Assembly: GCA_030770535.1 (NCBI GenBank)
Contig: JASVEC010000013.1
Span: 372,001 to 436,000, forward strand
Source of the DNA: Batkoa obscura
Lineage: Eukaryota
Direction: 5' to 3'
DNA length: 64,000 nucleotides
The position numbers were made by a program, and so were the translations under genes. Within the stretch, counting starts at the first letter, position 1, and each line of letters opens with the position of its first letter. The notes under the pieces were generated by a model. The model did not search any database, was not told where the DNA came from, and worked only from the letters and a program-made list of their open reading frames with translations. Positions 37,079 through 50,737 of this stretch are shown piece after piece.

Positions 37079-38996
37079 TGTACTTATAAATGATTTGTAT
37101 TTAATCTAATTTTATTTTATAGAATGGCAAAACTACTTTATTTATACTTTTTAAAAATACAATATAACTGTATTATAAATGTTTGATAGGTTGTTACCAG
37201 GGACAAATCAATTCAAACTTTGAGGAATGGCTCGTTTATAACTTGATTTATATCAATGACACATGTTATACATTGCATATTGCCGTTGATTAAATACCAT
37301 ACTTAATTTACATTTGTAATATGACATTTTTGTTACTTATCCTTAATTTAAACATTTTACATCTATATTTTATAATTATTTGAATAAAAAAATCGCCTTT
37401 TCTTGTTTTATATACCCTTTCAATAAACACATTTGAAATCTAGACTTATTCAATTTCATAAGTATCTATCCCATATTTATTGACTTATAGAGAGAAAGTA
37501 ATAGCCGTTTTGTGTTACCTCTTATTAGTTACTCATCTTCACACTGCTGTTAGGAAACAGTATATAATACTCAATGTTGTAAAATATTCAACTATTAGTA
37601 GCTTACTGATTTAAACTATTGGTTATATGGTATTTAATTTGTTATTAATTATTGTTGCTTGACATCACTATCTATTTTATAAAGTTAAATAACTTTTAGC
37701 TCTAGTAACGGCAAAATTGGTAAATAGTATAGATACTGGAGTCAAAAAAACTCTTTATATTTATTTTTTTAAAAACTAAACATAAATATACCAAATATAA
37801 TCAATGTATGATCTAACACAAGGTCACGTCTCCAATAAAATTGAATCCTTTTAAATTTAACTTGATTTAGAATTTAACTCTTATAAACAAATTTGTTAAG
37901 TAAGCTTACTGAACTTAACAATACTAACCACAAAAAACTAGTATAATATATTTGCTTTTATTGTAAAAATAATGTAATCTATTTAAATCAATAGATGACT
38001 TGTGTCTTTAAGATTGATGTCATGAAGAATAAATTTTCATTTAAAATAATAAACTTAGTTAATAATATGGCTGATACTACCCTAGTGGCATGGCATTAAC
38101 AATAAATAACGTTTAAAAATACTTTAAGCCACTATTTTCAACAAAATATGTAGCTGAAATATGTTATTGAGTAATTTATATAAATTATTTAAGTCTTGTT
38201 TCGTATAGATAAAAACGACTATAATCACTTCTAAATAGAATTATGCAAACCCATATCCGTAATAAAATGTCTATTATACTTTAACTCCTTATGAATAGTT
38301 TCCTTCAGCATTTTTAAAATGTATTTAGTTTATCCCTATTTAAACTAATTTTACGGCTTATATCCCTTTATTTTTTATCCTTTTACTCTATTGATATAAT
38401 TAATGAACCACAAGTTGGAGTACATGTACTCATAATAAGTCAGATGGGATAATATTATTACATACCCAAGCTTATACAATGTAAAGTATCATCTATTTAG
38501 ATAAAATGTGGTTTTTCAACATCAAAGGAGCTGCAATTTTCAAACAAATCAGAAATAAATAGCAAATGTTTACAGTTGTTTCATCTCTTTTTTAAATTAC
38601 TTAACGTTGAGTTTTACAGTTAAACAGCTTATATAGCTTATTTTTTAAAGTATAATCATTATGTTTTAGTCAATATTCAAAAAAGTTTACTCTAAAATAA
38701 GCTGTGCAATAGTATATAAAGCGAAATGAAACATCTATAATTAAATTTTAATATTTTGTTTTATTTTTAGTAATAATAATTGAAAATAAAAATTAAATTC
38801 TATTAACAACACCAAGCTTGAGCCAAACATTTAATTATTTTGTTCTTGTCTTTTACCCAGCCTTTTAGTATAGCTTTTATATTATCAATAATATAATGAC
38901 ATTCAAATAATAACGATATAACACAATCAATTCAGCAGCAACCATTATTATTTTATTATTTAGCTATATACCTTAGTTACTTGCTATAAAAGATAC

Positions 38997-39533
38997 TTTT
39001 TTTTAAATATTGTTGGAAGGGCGGACCCCAAGCGGTTTGTTCAAGTATAATCATTGAACAAAAGAAGGTAGGATAATAAGCCCAATATTTGAGAATGTCC
39101 TGGCCTTTTTTACCAGAGGAAAGACAGGCTATTGAATATGAGAAGTCTAAGTTCCATAGAATTTTCCATTCCACCACAAGAGTGCTCACAGAAGGAAAGT
39201 TAGGAGAAGCGGCAAAGCCAAGCTTGCCATGGTACCTATAGACAACCAAATGACCGAGCAGCAGAAATTAGCTATAAACTTCTCATCTAGTCGAGGGAGA
39301 GACAACTATATGTCTTCAATATTAGAACAGTGTAATGAGGGCCATAGTTCCAAGTAAATAAACACTCATACCAGGCTGAAGAAATAACAGTACAGGTAAA
39401 GAAACGGTATTGAATGCTATCTTCTAACAAGCCACAAAATCGGCATTCAGGAGTTACCTCCGGTTTATGTTTGTGAATTTTCACTTTAGTGTAAAAGAAG
39501 TTATCGACTAGGCGCCACATGATAGGTCGATGT
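38997..39533 (-). mobile_element. 5'-truncated non-LTR retrotransposon (L1/Tx1-like) 3' end
   Basis: zf-RVT-like WRLV...CRFCG..EDSIQYRFFTC....AW, frameshifted continuation, short A-run at the 3' end, higher GC. Confidence 0.75.
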
Positions 39534-39722
39534 TAAAAGATGTATTTTTTTAAATCGACATTTATTTAATCAAATAACTTATATAATATGTACAATTGCC
39601 TTTTATATTATGGCTATAAGAACCAATAAATTCAAAGAGCACATGTTAAATGGTTCTACAAGGTGTGCTATAAAAACAAATAAAATAAAATAAAATCAAA
39701 AGTTGAATCTTTTTTTACTACG

Positions 39723-40634
39723 ATGAAAGTAGGCTTTCGTGGAGCTTTCATTATCAGCTTTTCTAATACAATATCAATCACTGTTATATTGTTTTCACTT
39801 ATATTATGTATGGGCGTTTCATTTATCAATAAAGAAATAAATAAATCAATCACATATCGTATTTCTATTTTAATAATTATAGGCGATTTACTTTACAATA
39901 TTGGAGGCCTAATAAAGCTCCTTCCGATAGTCTACACAAATTCCTATTTATGTTATTTCGCTCAATGCGCTAATACTTTCGGTTTCTCAATTTCAGTGTA
40001 TTATTCAATAGTAATAGCTATAATTTATCTCTTAAATATTGTGTACCAATATAAAGTTAGAAAGGTGATGAAATACGTTATATACATAGTACCGTTTATA
40101 TTATCAATTGTCTCCTCCTTATTACCAATAATATTCAAGAAAATAGATACGGATAATGAATGCTCATATTACGATGACCTTGATGGAGACTTATGGTTAG
40201 CTTTCTGCAATAGTATTTCAATGGTTATTGCAATAATAGTAACACCTGTGATATATATTATAATAGCCAATTTTTTTGTCAGAAAAACAATGAAAAAAAA
40301 GGCAAATTTGAATTCAAGTGACCAAAAGCAAAGTAATCGTTCAGCTTTGTCAAGGCTACTTAGCTACTCTTTACTCCCAATTATAACTCACTCTTTGATG
40401 GTCTTTTTGATATTTTTTGTGTTATCTGAAAAAATGATAGATAACACAATATTTAAAATTTTAAAGATCAGTAGCGTTTTTCTTATTGGATTACAGGGCC
40501 TATTAAATTCCATTTTGCTTTTAACCAACTCAATATTAACTAAAGAATTAAATAATGCCTATAACAAGGTATTTGGATTGAGAGGATTGGGTGACCTTTA
40601 TAGAATAGGCAGATTTTCTAAAATACAGTGTTAG
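39723..40634 (+). CDS. cAMP-receptor-like/Git3-type 7TM GPCR, paralog 2
   Basis: 7 TM; NKEINKSITYRIS, RLLSYSLLP, GLQGLLNSILLLTN; clear paralog of 20203-21096. Confidence 0.8.
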   Translation: MKVGFRGAFIISFSNTISITVILFSLILCMGVSFINKEINKSITYRISILIIIGDLLYNIGGLIKLLPIVYTNSYLCYFAQCANTFGFSISVYYSIVIAIIYLLNIVYQYKVRKVMKYVIYIVPFILSIVSSLLPIIFKKIDTDNECSYYDDLDGDLWLAFCNSISMVIAIIVTPVIYIIIANFFVRKTMKKKANLNSSDQKQSNRSALSRLLSYSLLPIITHSLMVFLIFFVLSEKMIDNTIFKILKISSVFLIGLQGLLNSILLLTNSILTKELNNAYNKVFGLRGLGDLYRIGRFSKIQC

Positions 40635-42139
40635 CTTCAAAATGCAAATGCAAATCCAAAGCATAAAGAAATAAAATACTTTAGAAGTACATCGGCTTTA
40701 TCAAATTTTATTTCGATACTTGTAGTATTAAGGATACAAGCTACCGGCTAAACGCATAACTAGTCTCTAGATAATATAAACTTTTCAATAAAGCCTACCT
40801 TGCTAAACATTTAATAAAATACGTTAATCTGATCTAAAATGTAAGTTTTTTAGCTATTTCTAAAATGATCATGTATATCTAAATATTGAAGACATTAAAA
40901 TCATTAAATAGCCAGTAAATACCATTATTTTGATGATATTATTATATTGTAAATTTATATCTTTAGGGCTAATAAAGAGTGCTAAAAAGTTTTTTTATTT
41001 AATTTTCAACTTTTAATTTAGTTGGGTAAAGCTTTTGTACAGCTTGAATTTTTTTTACTAATAATGGTCGCTATCGGTTTGGAAGAGTAAGAGTATTTTG
41101 ATTGTATGGTAGTTTTTGATCAAGCTTTTTGGGCAAATATATTTATATATTTAAATTTTTTAATAGTTTCAAAAAACAGATAAAGTAGAATTTAACAAAA
41201 AAATTCACTCCTAGAATTATAGAAAAGTATTATACACCTTGTTTATTTGTCAAAGTTCTATTTTCATTTGTCTTTTAAAACCCAGTAAAAAACCTGAGCA
41301 TGTAAAATCTACCTAATAGAATTGTTACCATTTGTTTATTTTTTACAGAAAACCATTTCGTTCTTAGACATAAAATTTTTTTATGTTACAATCAACTGCT
41401 TTTGTCATAATTATAGTCAAAAAGTTAGATGATTTTGAAACTACCTTATAAAAACAGAAAGTTCAAATTTTTACTAGTTGCAATTATATACCGCCATATT
41501 GCTGGATTTGCCCAAAAAAAAAGACTGAACTTAGAAAACCTAGTATTTTCGAATATTTCTTTATTTGGAAATCGTATCTAGGACTCCCAAATTTGTAGAA
41601 TATTTCACAAATATGATAAATGATAGAAATTTATTCGAATAGCCCTGTAATAGTGTATTATGACAAAAGTTGGCTTTCAATAGATTAACAAATTTTTAAA
41701 CACAAGATGTAAATTTTATTATAGAAGTGAATAATGAGCTATTTAGCAACACTCTCAATATAACAATGTATGAAACATAATTTCTTAAAATAGCTCTCCT
41801 TTTTCTTGTAACTCCCTTTCCTTTAGGGTATTTCACTTTAAAGCTGATTTTATTTGTTATTTATGAGCATAACTAGTTTATTTACTATAGCTTTTAAGGC
41901 ATCAGTTAAGATAATTAAAGTTTATAAAAAAGACTTTTAATTAATTTATTTAATAAATTAATAAATTTGTATGCAAAATTTAAATATATATTTTCATATT
42001 TCTGGTATAAAATGTTATTAGAGGGGTAACTAATATTCTCAATTTAACCAATTAATTTTAATTTTTTGGAGCAGAAAAATGTTCTATAATTTGAGTGCAT
42101 CTAAAAGCTGTTACCTAAAAAAAAATCTCTTTGTCTAAA

Positions 42140-43267
42140 ATGAACTTATTTACTTTATTTATAATAAATATCTTCTTATGCGCTATAGGGCTAATCCAAA
42201 GAACTAAAGGAGAAACCTGCTTAGTTGTCGATGATGCTTTATATTATATGCAAGGAGAATCACTCGTACAAAATAATCAAGGAGTTCAAAACAAAACAGT
42301 TATTTACCAGTTAAACTTAAAGGATAAAGGAATGAAATGGAGAACAATAGAAACTACAACTTTAGCACCAGCCATGAACAATGCAGCTTCTTATTATTTG
42401 AAGGACAAAAGGACCATTATAAACTTCTATAAAAATAAAGGTATTTTAGATACATCTTATTTTAACCTTGAGAAAAAAATATGGGAATTAAAGTCAGAGG
42501 ATTCTACCATTTTAGGTTCCTCAAAGGAAAGTGGATCCAATGAACTAAATAAAACCAGTAACATCAATATGAAGGTAATCCAAAACGACATAAATGCAAA
42601 TCAATTTGTGTACCTCCAAATGTATTCAACAGATGATTTATCTTTAATCAAAAAACTTAATATCGATGGAATTACAATTGTTATAACTGATATGCTAAGC
42701 GGAAAGACCACTAAAGCAACCATTAATGTACCCAATTTTATAAGTCCAGAAGCTTTTATGTTTAACGGGAAACTATTTTTAATGGGTGGCTACGATTCAA
42801 ATGAAAAAAAATTCAAAAACAATATAGTAACCGAGATCAACCTTGATACTTTAAGTGGAACTACCCATAAGTTGAAAGGAAAGATACCAGGCTCAGAGCA
42901 AAATTTCAAACTTTTAACAGCTGATAATTTGGTCTATTTCATTGAAAAAGGAACTGTGGACTCAAATGTAGTTTATGAATTAGATTTGAAAGCGTTTACA
43001 TTCAAAATCAAGTTAAACAAATTTAAAATTAACGTTGATGGATGTTTAGCTTATTACAATAATAATATTATATCTCTAATCAGTGAAAATAGCTCTGAGG
43101 ATCTTCATTTTTTCAACACTGGTACTTGGATGCTCGAAAATCAATTCCCAAGTTTAAAATCTTTCTTGAAAAGCGAAAAAACAGGAAGTTCATCAGGTCT
43201 TAAACTAAACCATAGTAAAACGATGCTACTATATGGGATTATCGTAGGAGTATTATTCTTATTCTAA
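42140..43267 (+). CDS. Kelch/beta-propeller protein, probably GPI-anchored
   Basis: Signal peptide (ATG 42140), TCLVVDDALYY and LFLMGG kelch motifs, C-terminal SSSG-spacer-hydrophobic tail with no cytoplasmic domain. Confidence 0.75.
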   Translation: MNLFTLFIINIFLCAIGLIQRTKGETCLVVDDALYYMQGESLVQNNQGVQNKTVIYQLNLKDKGMKWRTIETTTLAPAMNNAASYYLKDKRTIINFYKNKGILDTSYFNLEKKIWELKSEDSTILGSSKESGSNELNKTSNINMKVIQNDINANQFVYLQMYSTDDLSLIKKLNIDGITIVITDMLSGKTTKATINVPNFISPEAFMFNGKLFLMGGYDSNEKKFKNNIVTEINLDTLSGTTHKLKGKIPGSEQNFKLLTADNLVYFIEKGTVDSNVVYELDLKAFTFKIKLNKFKINVDGCLAYYNNNIISLISENSSEDLHFFNTGTWMLENQFPSLKSFLKSEKTGSSSGLKLNHSKTMLLYGIIVGVLFLF

Positions 43268-43715
43268 TTAATAACTTTTTTATATCATAATAAAATATAG
43301 TACTTAATTTACATCTGTGATAATTTATTAATTTTTACGGTTTTTTTAAAAAAAGTTAGTATTTGATGTGGAAATGTTTCTTGGTTTAGGAAATTGTCCA
43401 TTTTTTATTTAATACAGACTGAAAAAACATTTTATTGAATGTTGCTATTGGGCAAGTCCAAAATTAGTCTTAAATCATTTTAGCCAGAATTTAAAGTTTT
43501 ATGAACAAATTTTTGCTCAAAAATTTTCGGGAATGCTGATTATTATCACTATTAAATGCTCAAAATAAGACTTATGCATACTTTATTTTGGGAAGTAAAT
43601 TTATAAATACTATAATACATCATAATAGCATTTGAACTAATTTGGAATTTATTATAAGCTTATTGAACAGATTTAACATTTAATATAAAAAATAATTTAG
43701 TAGATTTAACGTTTA

Positions 43716-44435
43716 TTATGAAATAGTACTAAAGTTAGGAAATGGGAATTCTTTTTCTACATCAGTAAAGTTATCGATACTTGGATCCTGTATCCAGTTA
43801 TATTCATTACACTTAGAAATTTTTATAGCTGTATCTAAATCGTAGACCTTGCTAATTAAATAGAAAACGCCATCTAATCCAGCAGTAGCACCTGAAGAAG
43901 TTATAAACTTACCATCATGAACAAATCTAGCTTGACGTTGCCATTGAACATTTGGATATTTAGCAGCGCTAATACTAAAGAGTCCTTTAGTGATGGTAGC
44001 TTTTTTATTGTCTAATAAACCTGCTGCAGCTAAACATTCGCTTCCTTGACAAACACTGAAGAAGAACTTAGTTACCTTATCACTAACGCGATTTAAGTAA
44101 GCATTTAGTTCTTTACTTGGACCTGAACCAGCAGCTAAAGTAAGGATATCTATATCGATATCCTCATCAAAAGAATGATCTGGGGTTATAGTAATACCAT
44201 CATAAGTTTTAATAGGTTCTTTGGTTTTAGCAATTGTCTTAATACGTGATTTTGGTATAAAAGATAACATGGTACATGCAATAGAGAAATCAAATGTATC
44301 TAAACCATTATCAATAACTGCGATTACATTGAGCTCTTTATCAGGCATGGGAATTTTGAACCATGTACTGTTAAACTGGTCCTTTTGCTCTAGAGTAAAG
44401 TTGCTAAAATCTGAGATTTCTTTATTATGAGTCAT
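43716..44435 (-). CDS. DJ-1/PfpI (ThiJ; isonitrile-hydratase-like) family protein
   Basis: SVCQGS nucleophile elbow, LAAAGLLD.KKAT, FVHDGKFITSSGATAGLD. Confidence 0.88.
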   Translation of the reverse strand: MTHNKEISDFSNFTLEQKDQFNSTWFKIPMPDKELNVIAVIDNGLDTFDFSIACTMLSFIPKSRIKTIAKTKEPIKTYDGITITPDHSFDEDIDIDILTLAAGSGPSKELNAYLNRVSDKVTKFFFSVCQGSECLAAAGLLDNKKATITKGLFSISAAKYPNVQWQRQARFVHDGKFITSSGATAGLDGVFYLISKVYDLDTAIKISKCNEYNWIQDPSIDNFTDVEKEFPFPNFSTIS

Positions 44436-46861
44436 ATTTATTATTTTTGGTTTTTAGTTTTTAGTTTGGATATCTGTTTACTCTTTGCTTATATAGTTTT
44501 TGATGATCCAGTTATTGTCAAGCCATTTACAAAGTTGATAATAAATTTGAATTGAAGTGATGTGTATAATCTAATTTAAAAATAATCTATGAACAACCTA
44601 TAAAAGGAAAGTTTCTAGAAAATTTTAAATATTATATCTAAGATCATCAGACTTCAAGGAGAAAATGTATCGTTATACCTACTACATACTTTACTGACTA
44701 AAACTATTTTTAGGTCTGGTTTATTAGCTATCTTATGTATTATGTTGTTATATTTAATCTAATAAAAGTCAAAATTTAAAGGTGGTAAATTCAATAATAC
44801 TTTAGTTAAACATAAGGCTCAACTCGTTTTCCGATTTTAATTTGCATTTTTTTCCGAGGTTGTCATTACAAATTGAGTTTTTGTGTTTTTCTATTGGAAA
44901 AAATGATTTGGCAGGAAACAAAAAAAGTAATTCATGTTTCTAGCAGTCATTACAAAATGCTTGGTAGTGGTACAAAATAAAGAAAGATTCTCATCAAAAA
45001 ATAGTCAACTTTATACAAAAAAACATATGGTTGAAGCACTCCGCTATTTAAAAATTAAATATCTATTTTTAGATTTGATTCATAAGATTTCTTTAAAACT
45101 CATGGTTTTTTTTAAAAGGTTCAGAGCAAACTAGATTTTAAATGAATCTATGATCTTAGATATAACACAACCACTTTGTTTTTTATATACTAAAAAATAT
45201 ATATTTACTGTTGCTTAAACACTATCAAATTTTATAAAAAACAATATATTACAAAGTAAAAATAAATTACTGATCGATGATTTATGTGCATTACCATTTT
45301 ATTTTTTAAATTAGTTTAAATTTGTTATTCATATTTCTAACACTAATAAAGCACTTAGGGTTTATACCCTTTTCAGGATTTTAAAAAATGTTATTTATTG
45401 AAAATGGCTCATTTTCATTGATTATAATTTAAAGTATCCAAATTTAAATAATCAATCAATAAAAATATATATTTCTTTTAAGAAAACAGAGTTTATAAGA
45501 TAAAAATAATATTTTTGAATCTTTGTACATCAATAAAAAAGTTTTTAGATGAATTAAGATATCATGAACATTAGGATCAATTAAAGGCTTAAAAGTGAAT
45601 CAGTTTCTATAAACATATTAATGATATGAACAATGGTTGGTATCAATAAGTATAAAATTAATCTAGAAATCGTGTAATAGTCAACTTTAAGGTCTTTTTT
45701 ATTTAGCTCCACTTTTTCTTTACTAAGCGATGAATTAATATTGTATATGTAATTAGTATAACTGTTATGGGAGCAAATACAAATTTAAAAGTATATGTCA
45801 TTAACTAACATGTTCTACCGCTTTTAATTTTTTAATATCGATTATAAAATGTTAACTTTTCCAAAGTAAATAAATAACTGATTATCACTTAAATCATAAA
45901 TACAAATAAAATTTTATACTACACGATTTTACTCCTGAAAATGTAAGTCATCTATTTTTCTATAATGATAACGTGCTTGTAAGTAATAATATATCATATC
46001 GCCTTTTTGTGGGTGGATTATTAAATTTAGTAAATTTTTTGACAAATTTGCATAGAGATGTTAAATTCTAAACTAAGTTAAATTTTAAAGGGAATCAATT
46101 TTACTAAAAACCAGATTTGCTCATTAAAGTACACATTAGTTATATTTGGTATATTCAATTTTAGTACTTTAAAATTGGAGGTTAAGAGTTTTTCACACTA
46201 ACATTTAAATACTAGTAAAGTAATTTATACAATTAAATCAAAAGTTGAATAAAGTTATAAAACATAAGATAACTTGAAAATAATAATAACTAATACAAAA
46301 CTAATTTCATATAGCCTATAAACCAGCAACCAATTATCGATAGTTGAATGATTTATTGTTTGGTATGACCATCTATGATACTTTTCCATAAGAAATGTAA
46401 AGTTGAATAGTAAGTAAAAAGCACTCTGAGAATTTTATAATTTTCTCTTTATTAGTTAAGAAATCCGCGATAAAATATTTAAAAATCAAGTAGACTCTAG
46501 ATTTTAAAAATACTTATTGATAGGGTGTACAATAATACAATCAAACCAATTTTTTTATTTAGAAAATTATTAAAAATCATCGTAAAAAGTTTAAATTAAG
46601 AATAAGTAACAAAAGTATTGTAATATAAAAATATTTTAATCTCTACTCAGCTAACGACAATATATTATAACACACCATGTGTTGTCTATACATTTAAGTT
46701 ATAAACAAACCGATCCATTAATCTTAAAATAATACATCCGTGTTAGCAACTCATTTAACGTTTGTAGTATGATTAGATACTATTAACAAGAAGTATAAAT
46801 AGTAAGGATTTTACTATACTACAAAATTATATTACATTAGATACAAATTACTATATACAAA

Positions 46862-46987
46862 ATGCAACTTACTTTCCTTATCGCTTACACTGTTTACATT
46901 ATGTCTGTAATCACTTCAGTTCCTACTAACAACCAACCAGCTGCTGATAAAGCCAAAGTAGTTGAAATTCGTCGTCACTGGCCTTAA
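46862..46987 (+). CDS. Secreted HWP-peptide precursor copy 5 (MQLTFLIAYTVYIMSVITSVPTNNQPAADKAKVVEIRRHWP)
   Basis: Manual translation; TATAAATAG ~46794; AATAAA ~47035; not in the ORF track. Confidence 0.85.
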   Translation: MQLTFLIAYTVYIMSVITSVPTNNQPAADKAKVVEIRRHWP

Positions 46988-48845
46988 ACATGGGGTCAAA
47001 CCTTAGACTACTATTGCCTGGATATTTACCCATAAATAAACATAATAGTTAACACATATTCTCTTATTTTTAAAATTTTATAAAATAATTTATATTTACT
47101 ATCAATGATGGAAAAATAATCATTCACCATTTAAAAAAAGACATTCTGTTTATTTGATTATTCATTTTTAACCAGAGTAAAGTTTAGAAAACGTTTGTAA
47201 AATATATAACAAAACATACATTTCCATATTACAAATAATGTTAAAAACTGCCTTATATTAAAATGATCAAAAGATTTCATATATTGTATATATGAATTTA
47301 ATACCTAAAGCTCAGGGATTTATCATAAATAAAAGTTTTAAATTTAGATTTTATATAGGTTCGCTCTCGTCAGTCCTAATTATTACACATTACTTTATAA
47401 AGCAGCTCAATATTTAGCTTCTTTAATAACTTGAAAAAACCAACTTTTTACTTAATTTTTAACATTTGGAAGACATAAAATTAGCTTTGGTGGAATCACA
47501 TCATTATTCTAATTAGGTAGCTATTAGATCAGGTATCTCAACTCATGACTTATTATTTGTATCCTTAAAACAGAGTACTAAATGGTAAAGAAATATTAAT
47601 CATAGGATTAACTTGAATAAGGTCAATTTCGAAGATATTTTTAAACGTAGCTAAGGCTATTAATAAGGGGTAAAAGTTGATAAACGATTTGCAATCGAGG
47701 ATATTCAAGATGAGCGTATTTCAAATCCGTTATTTCTAGTTTTATTTCATAAAAAACTAGCTTTGGCTAAGTTAAATAATCAATTCAACAATCATTATTT
47801 GAACAACGTTTAACAACATTAATAATAAAAATATTATTGAAATATCTAATCAATGACTATTTTGATACTGGGTTATCATCAGTTATTTTATTAACTAAGT
47901 TTATAGTCATAAATGGACCTTTTCACCCCCATAAATATACATTATCGATTTTATTATACTGTACCATACTTTACTGATTATCAAATGTATAATATTTATT
48001 TTTAAGTGTGTAGTAAAACTAAAGTTAGTAAATTTACATGACAACTTCATTTATGAAATTTAAATTCCGAAATGAGTTAAATTTTAAAGGGATTCGAATC
48101 TATTGAAAACCCAATTTGGTAAATTACGCATATATTTTTTTGCAACATTGGTTTTTAGTTTCTTTTAAAGAAACTATTAATACAAGCTTTTCAGCTTAAT
48201 ATATATCTGTTGCTAAAGGATTTTATAATCAATTGAGTCAAAACTGAAATAAAATGATGAAAATATAGCAACGCTAAAGCAATAATAACTCATAAGCAAT
48301 TAAATATTATATGGCTCATAACTCAAAGAAATAATGTTACCGATACTTGAATTAGTTGCAACACTCTATAACTGTTTATGATATCTTATAATAATAAAAA
48401 TTAGTAAGTTACAAAAAAATATTATTTTATCCTTATTAGTTATCAATGCTGTGATACAATATTCAAAATTAGATAGACTCTAATATTTTGCTTTAAGTAT
48501 TAGTAGGGTTTATAAAAGTATATAATAAAAACTCTTATTTTTAGAAAATTATTAAACATTATCGTAAAAAGTTTAAATTAAGAATAAGTAACAAAAGTAT
48601 TGTAATATAAAAATATTACAAACATATTACTCAGTTAACGGCAATATATTATAACACACCATGTGTTGTCTATACATTTAAGTTATAAACAAACCGATCC
48701 ATTAATCTTAAAATAATACATCCGTGTTAGCAACTCATTTAACGTTTGTAGTATGATTAGATACTATTAACAAGAAGTATAAATAGTAAGGATTTTACTA
48801 TACTACAAAATTATATTACATTAGATACAAATTACTATATACAAA

Positions 48846-48971
48846 ATGCAACTTACTTTCCTTATCGCTTACACTGTTTACATTATGTCTGTAATCACTT
48901 CAGTTCCTACTAACAACCAACCAGCTGCTGATAAAGCCAAAGTAGTTGAAATTCGTCGTCACTGGCCTTGA
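48846..48971 (+). CDS. Secreted HWP-peptide precursor copy 6 (same protein as copy 5)
   Basis: Identical coding sequence with TGA stop; tandem unit ~1.98 kb. Confidence 0.85.
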   Translation: MQLTFLIAYTVYIMSVITSVPTNNQPAADKAKVVEIRRHWP

Positions 48972-50737
48972 ACATGGGGTCAAACCTTAGACTACTATTG
49001 CCTGGATATTTACCCATAAATAAACACAATAATATTATTTATATCTATTATACATTTTCATATTATGATTTATATCTATTATCATTGATAGTAAATTGAA
49101 TTTTTTTTTATAGCAACAGGATATTTAAATATAGGGTTATCTTTTTTTTTATTTTATCCATTTTTTATGTAGCCTAAAACTAGAAAAACATATTAGTAAA
49201 TTATTGAAACAAAGAACATGTCTTTAGAAAATGATATCAAAAGTTACTCTATACTAATGTGATTGAGGTTTTTCATAAATTACATAAAGGCTCAAGTGAT
49301 TTGAATGATTAAAAATTTTACATAAAGCTAGTATTGCTAATTTTCATCGATTATTTACTATCATTAGTTTAAGTCTTCGATATAATAAAACTTGGTTTTG
49401 AAGTAACTACATTATTGCTATATCTAGTTCATTCCAAAGATCTGTACTTCAACTGACGAACAGCTGATTACATTAGTGGAACAGAGTACCTACTAATAGA
49501 TAAATATAAACCATAGAGTTAACTTTAATAAGGTTAATTCCAAATACATTTTTAAATCTAGTATGAATTATTTATAAGGGGATTGGGGTGTGATAGACGT
49601 TTTGCAATGGAGGATATTTAAGATAAGTGGATTTGAAACCAGCTATTTTTAGTTTTACTTCATATAAAACTAGCTTTGGTTGACTTATATAACTAGTTTA
49701 GTTAGTTATTACTTTAAATTCTGTTTATAAATGTCATTAAGAGTCGTATAATATTAACATTTTGTTACTGGGGTATTATCAGCTATTTTATTGACTTGGT
49801 TTATAATTGTAATAAAGTTTTGTACTCCACGATTTTATTATTAAAAACCTTAACTTTTTTTAAATATTTTATAGCTTGTTTATAAAAATATCAAATGTAT
49901 TTAATTGATTTTAAGCGTGTGTGGTATGATTGAGTTTAGTAAACTTATTTGAAGAATTCAGTTATGAAAGTTAAATTCTAAATAGAGTTAAATTTAAAGG
50001 GATTCAATTTTGTTGAAAACCTGATTTAGTAAATTACACATTAATTTTACTAGATATTTTTGAGCCCATTTAGCTTTAGTTTTTAAAAAATAGAACTAAG
50101 AGCCTTTGACTTTTAATACTTGTATAACTAGCAGGTGATTTTTTATATAATTGTGGCCGAAACTTGAATAAAATTGTAAATCTTATGGTGTCAAAGAGAT
50201 AATAGATTATATACAATCAATTGTCATTTAACTCATAATCTAATACAGTAAGTTGCTGATACTTAAATAACTTATAAATTTATGTAACCATTTGTATCAT
50301 TTTAATATAATAACAGTATGCAGTTGAATAACAAATAAAAGCACTCTGAGATTTTAGTATTTTCTACTTATTAGTAAAAAAGGCCGCAATAAAATATTGA
50401 AAAATAAATAAACACCAAATTTCCAATGTATTTATGGGAAGGGTGTATAACAATGTGGATAAAGAATAGCTATTTTATTTTGATAATTCTTAAGTATAGG
50501 CATGAGTAGTTCATTAAATTACTTGGCCGTTGATAATGTGCTATAACTTACCATGTGTTGTCTATACATTTAAGTTATAAACAAACCGATCCATTAATCT
50601 TAAAATAATACATCCGTGTTAGCAACTCATTTAACGTTTGTAGTATGATTAGATACTATTAACAAGAAGTATAAATAGTAAGGATTTTACTATACTACAA
50701 AATTATATTACATTAGATACAAATTACTATATACAAA

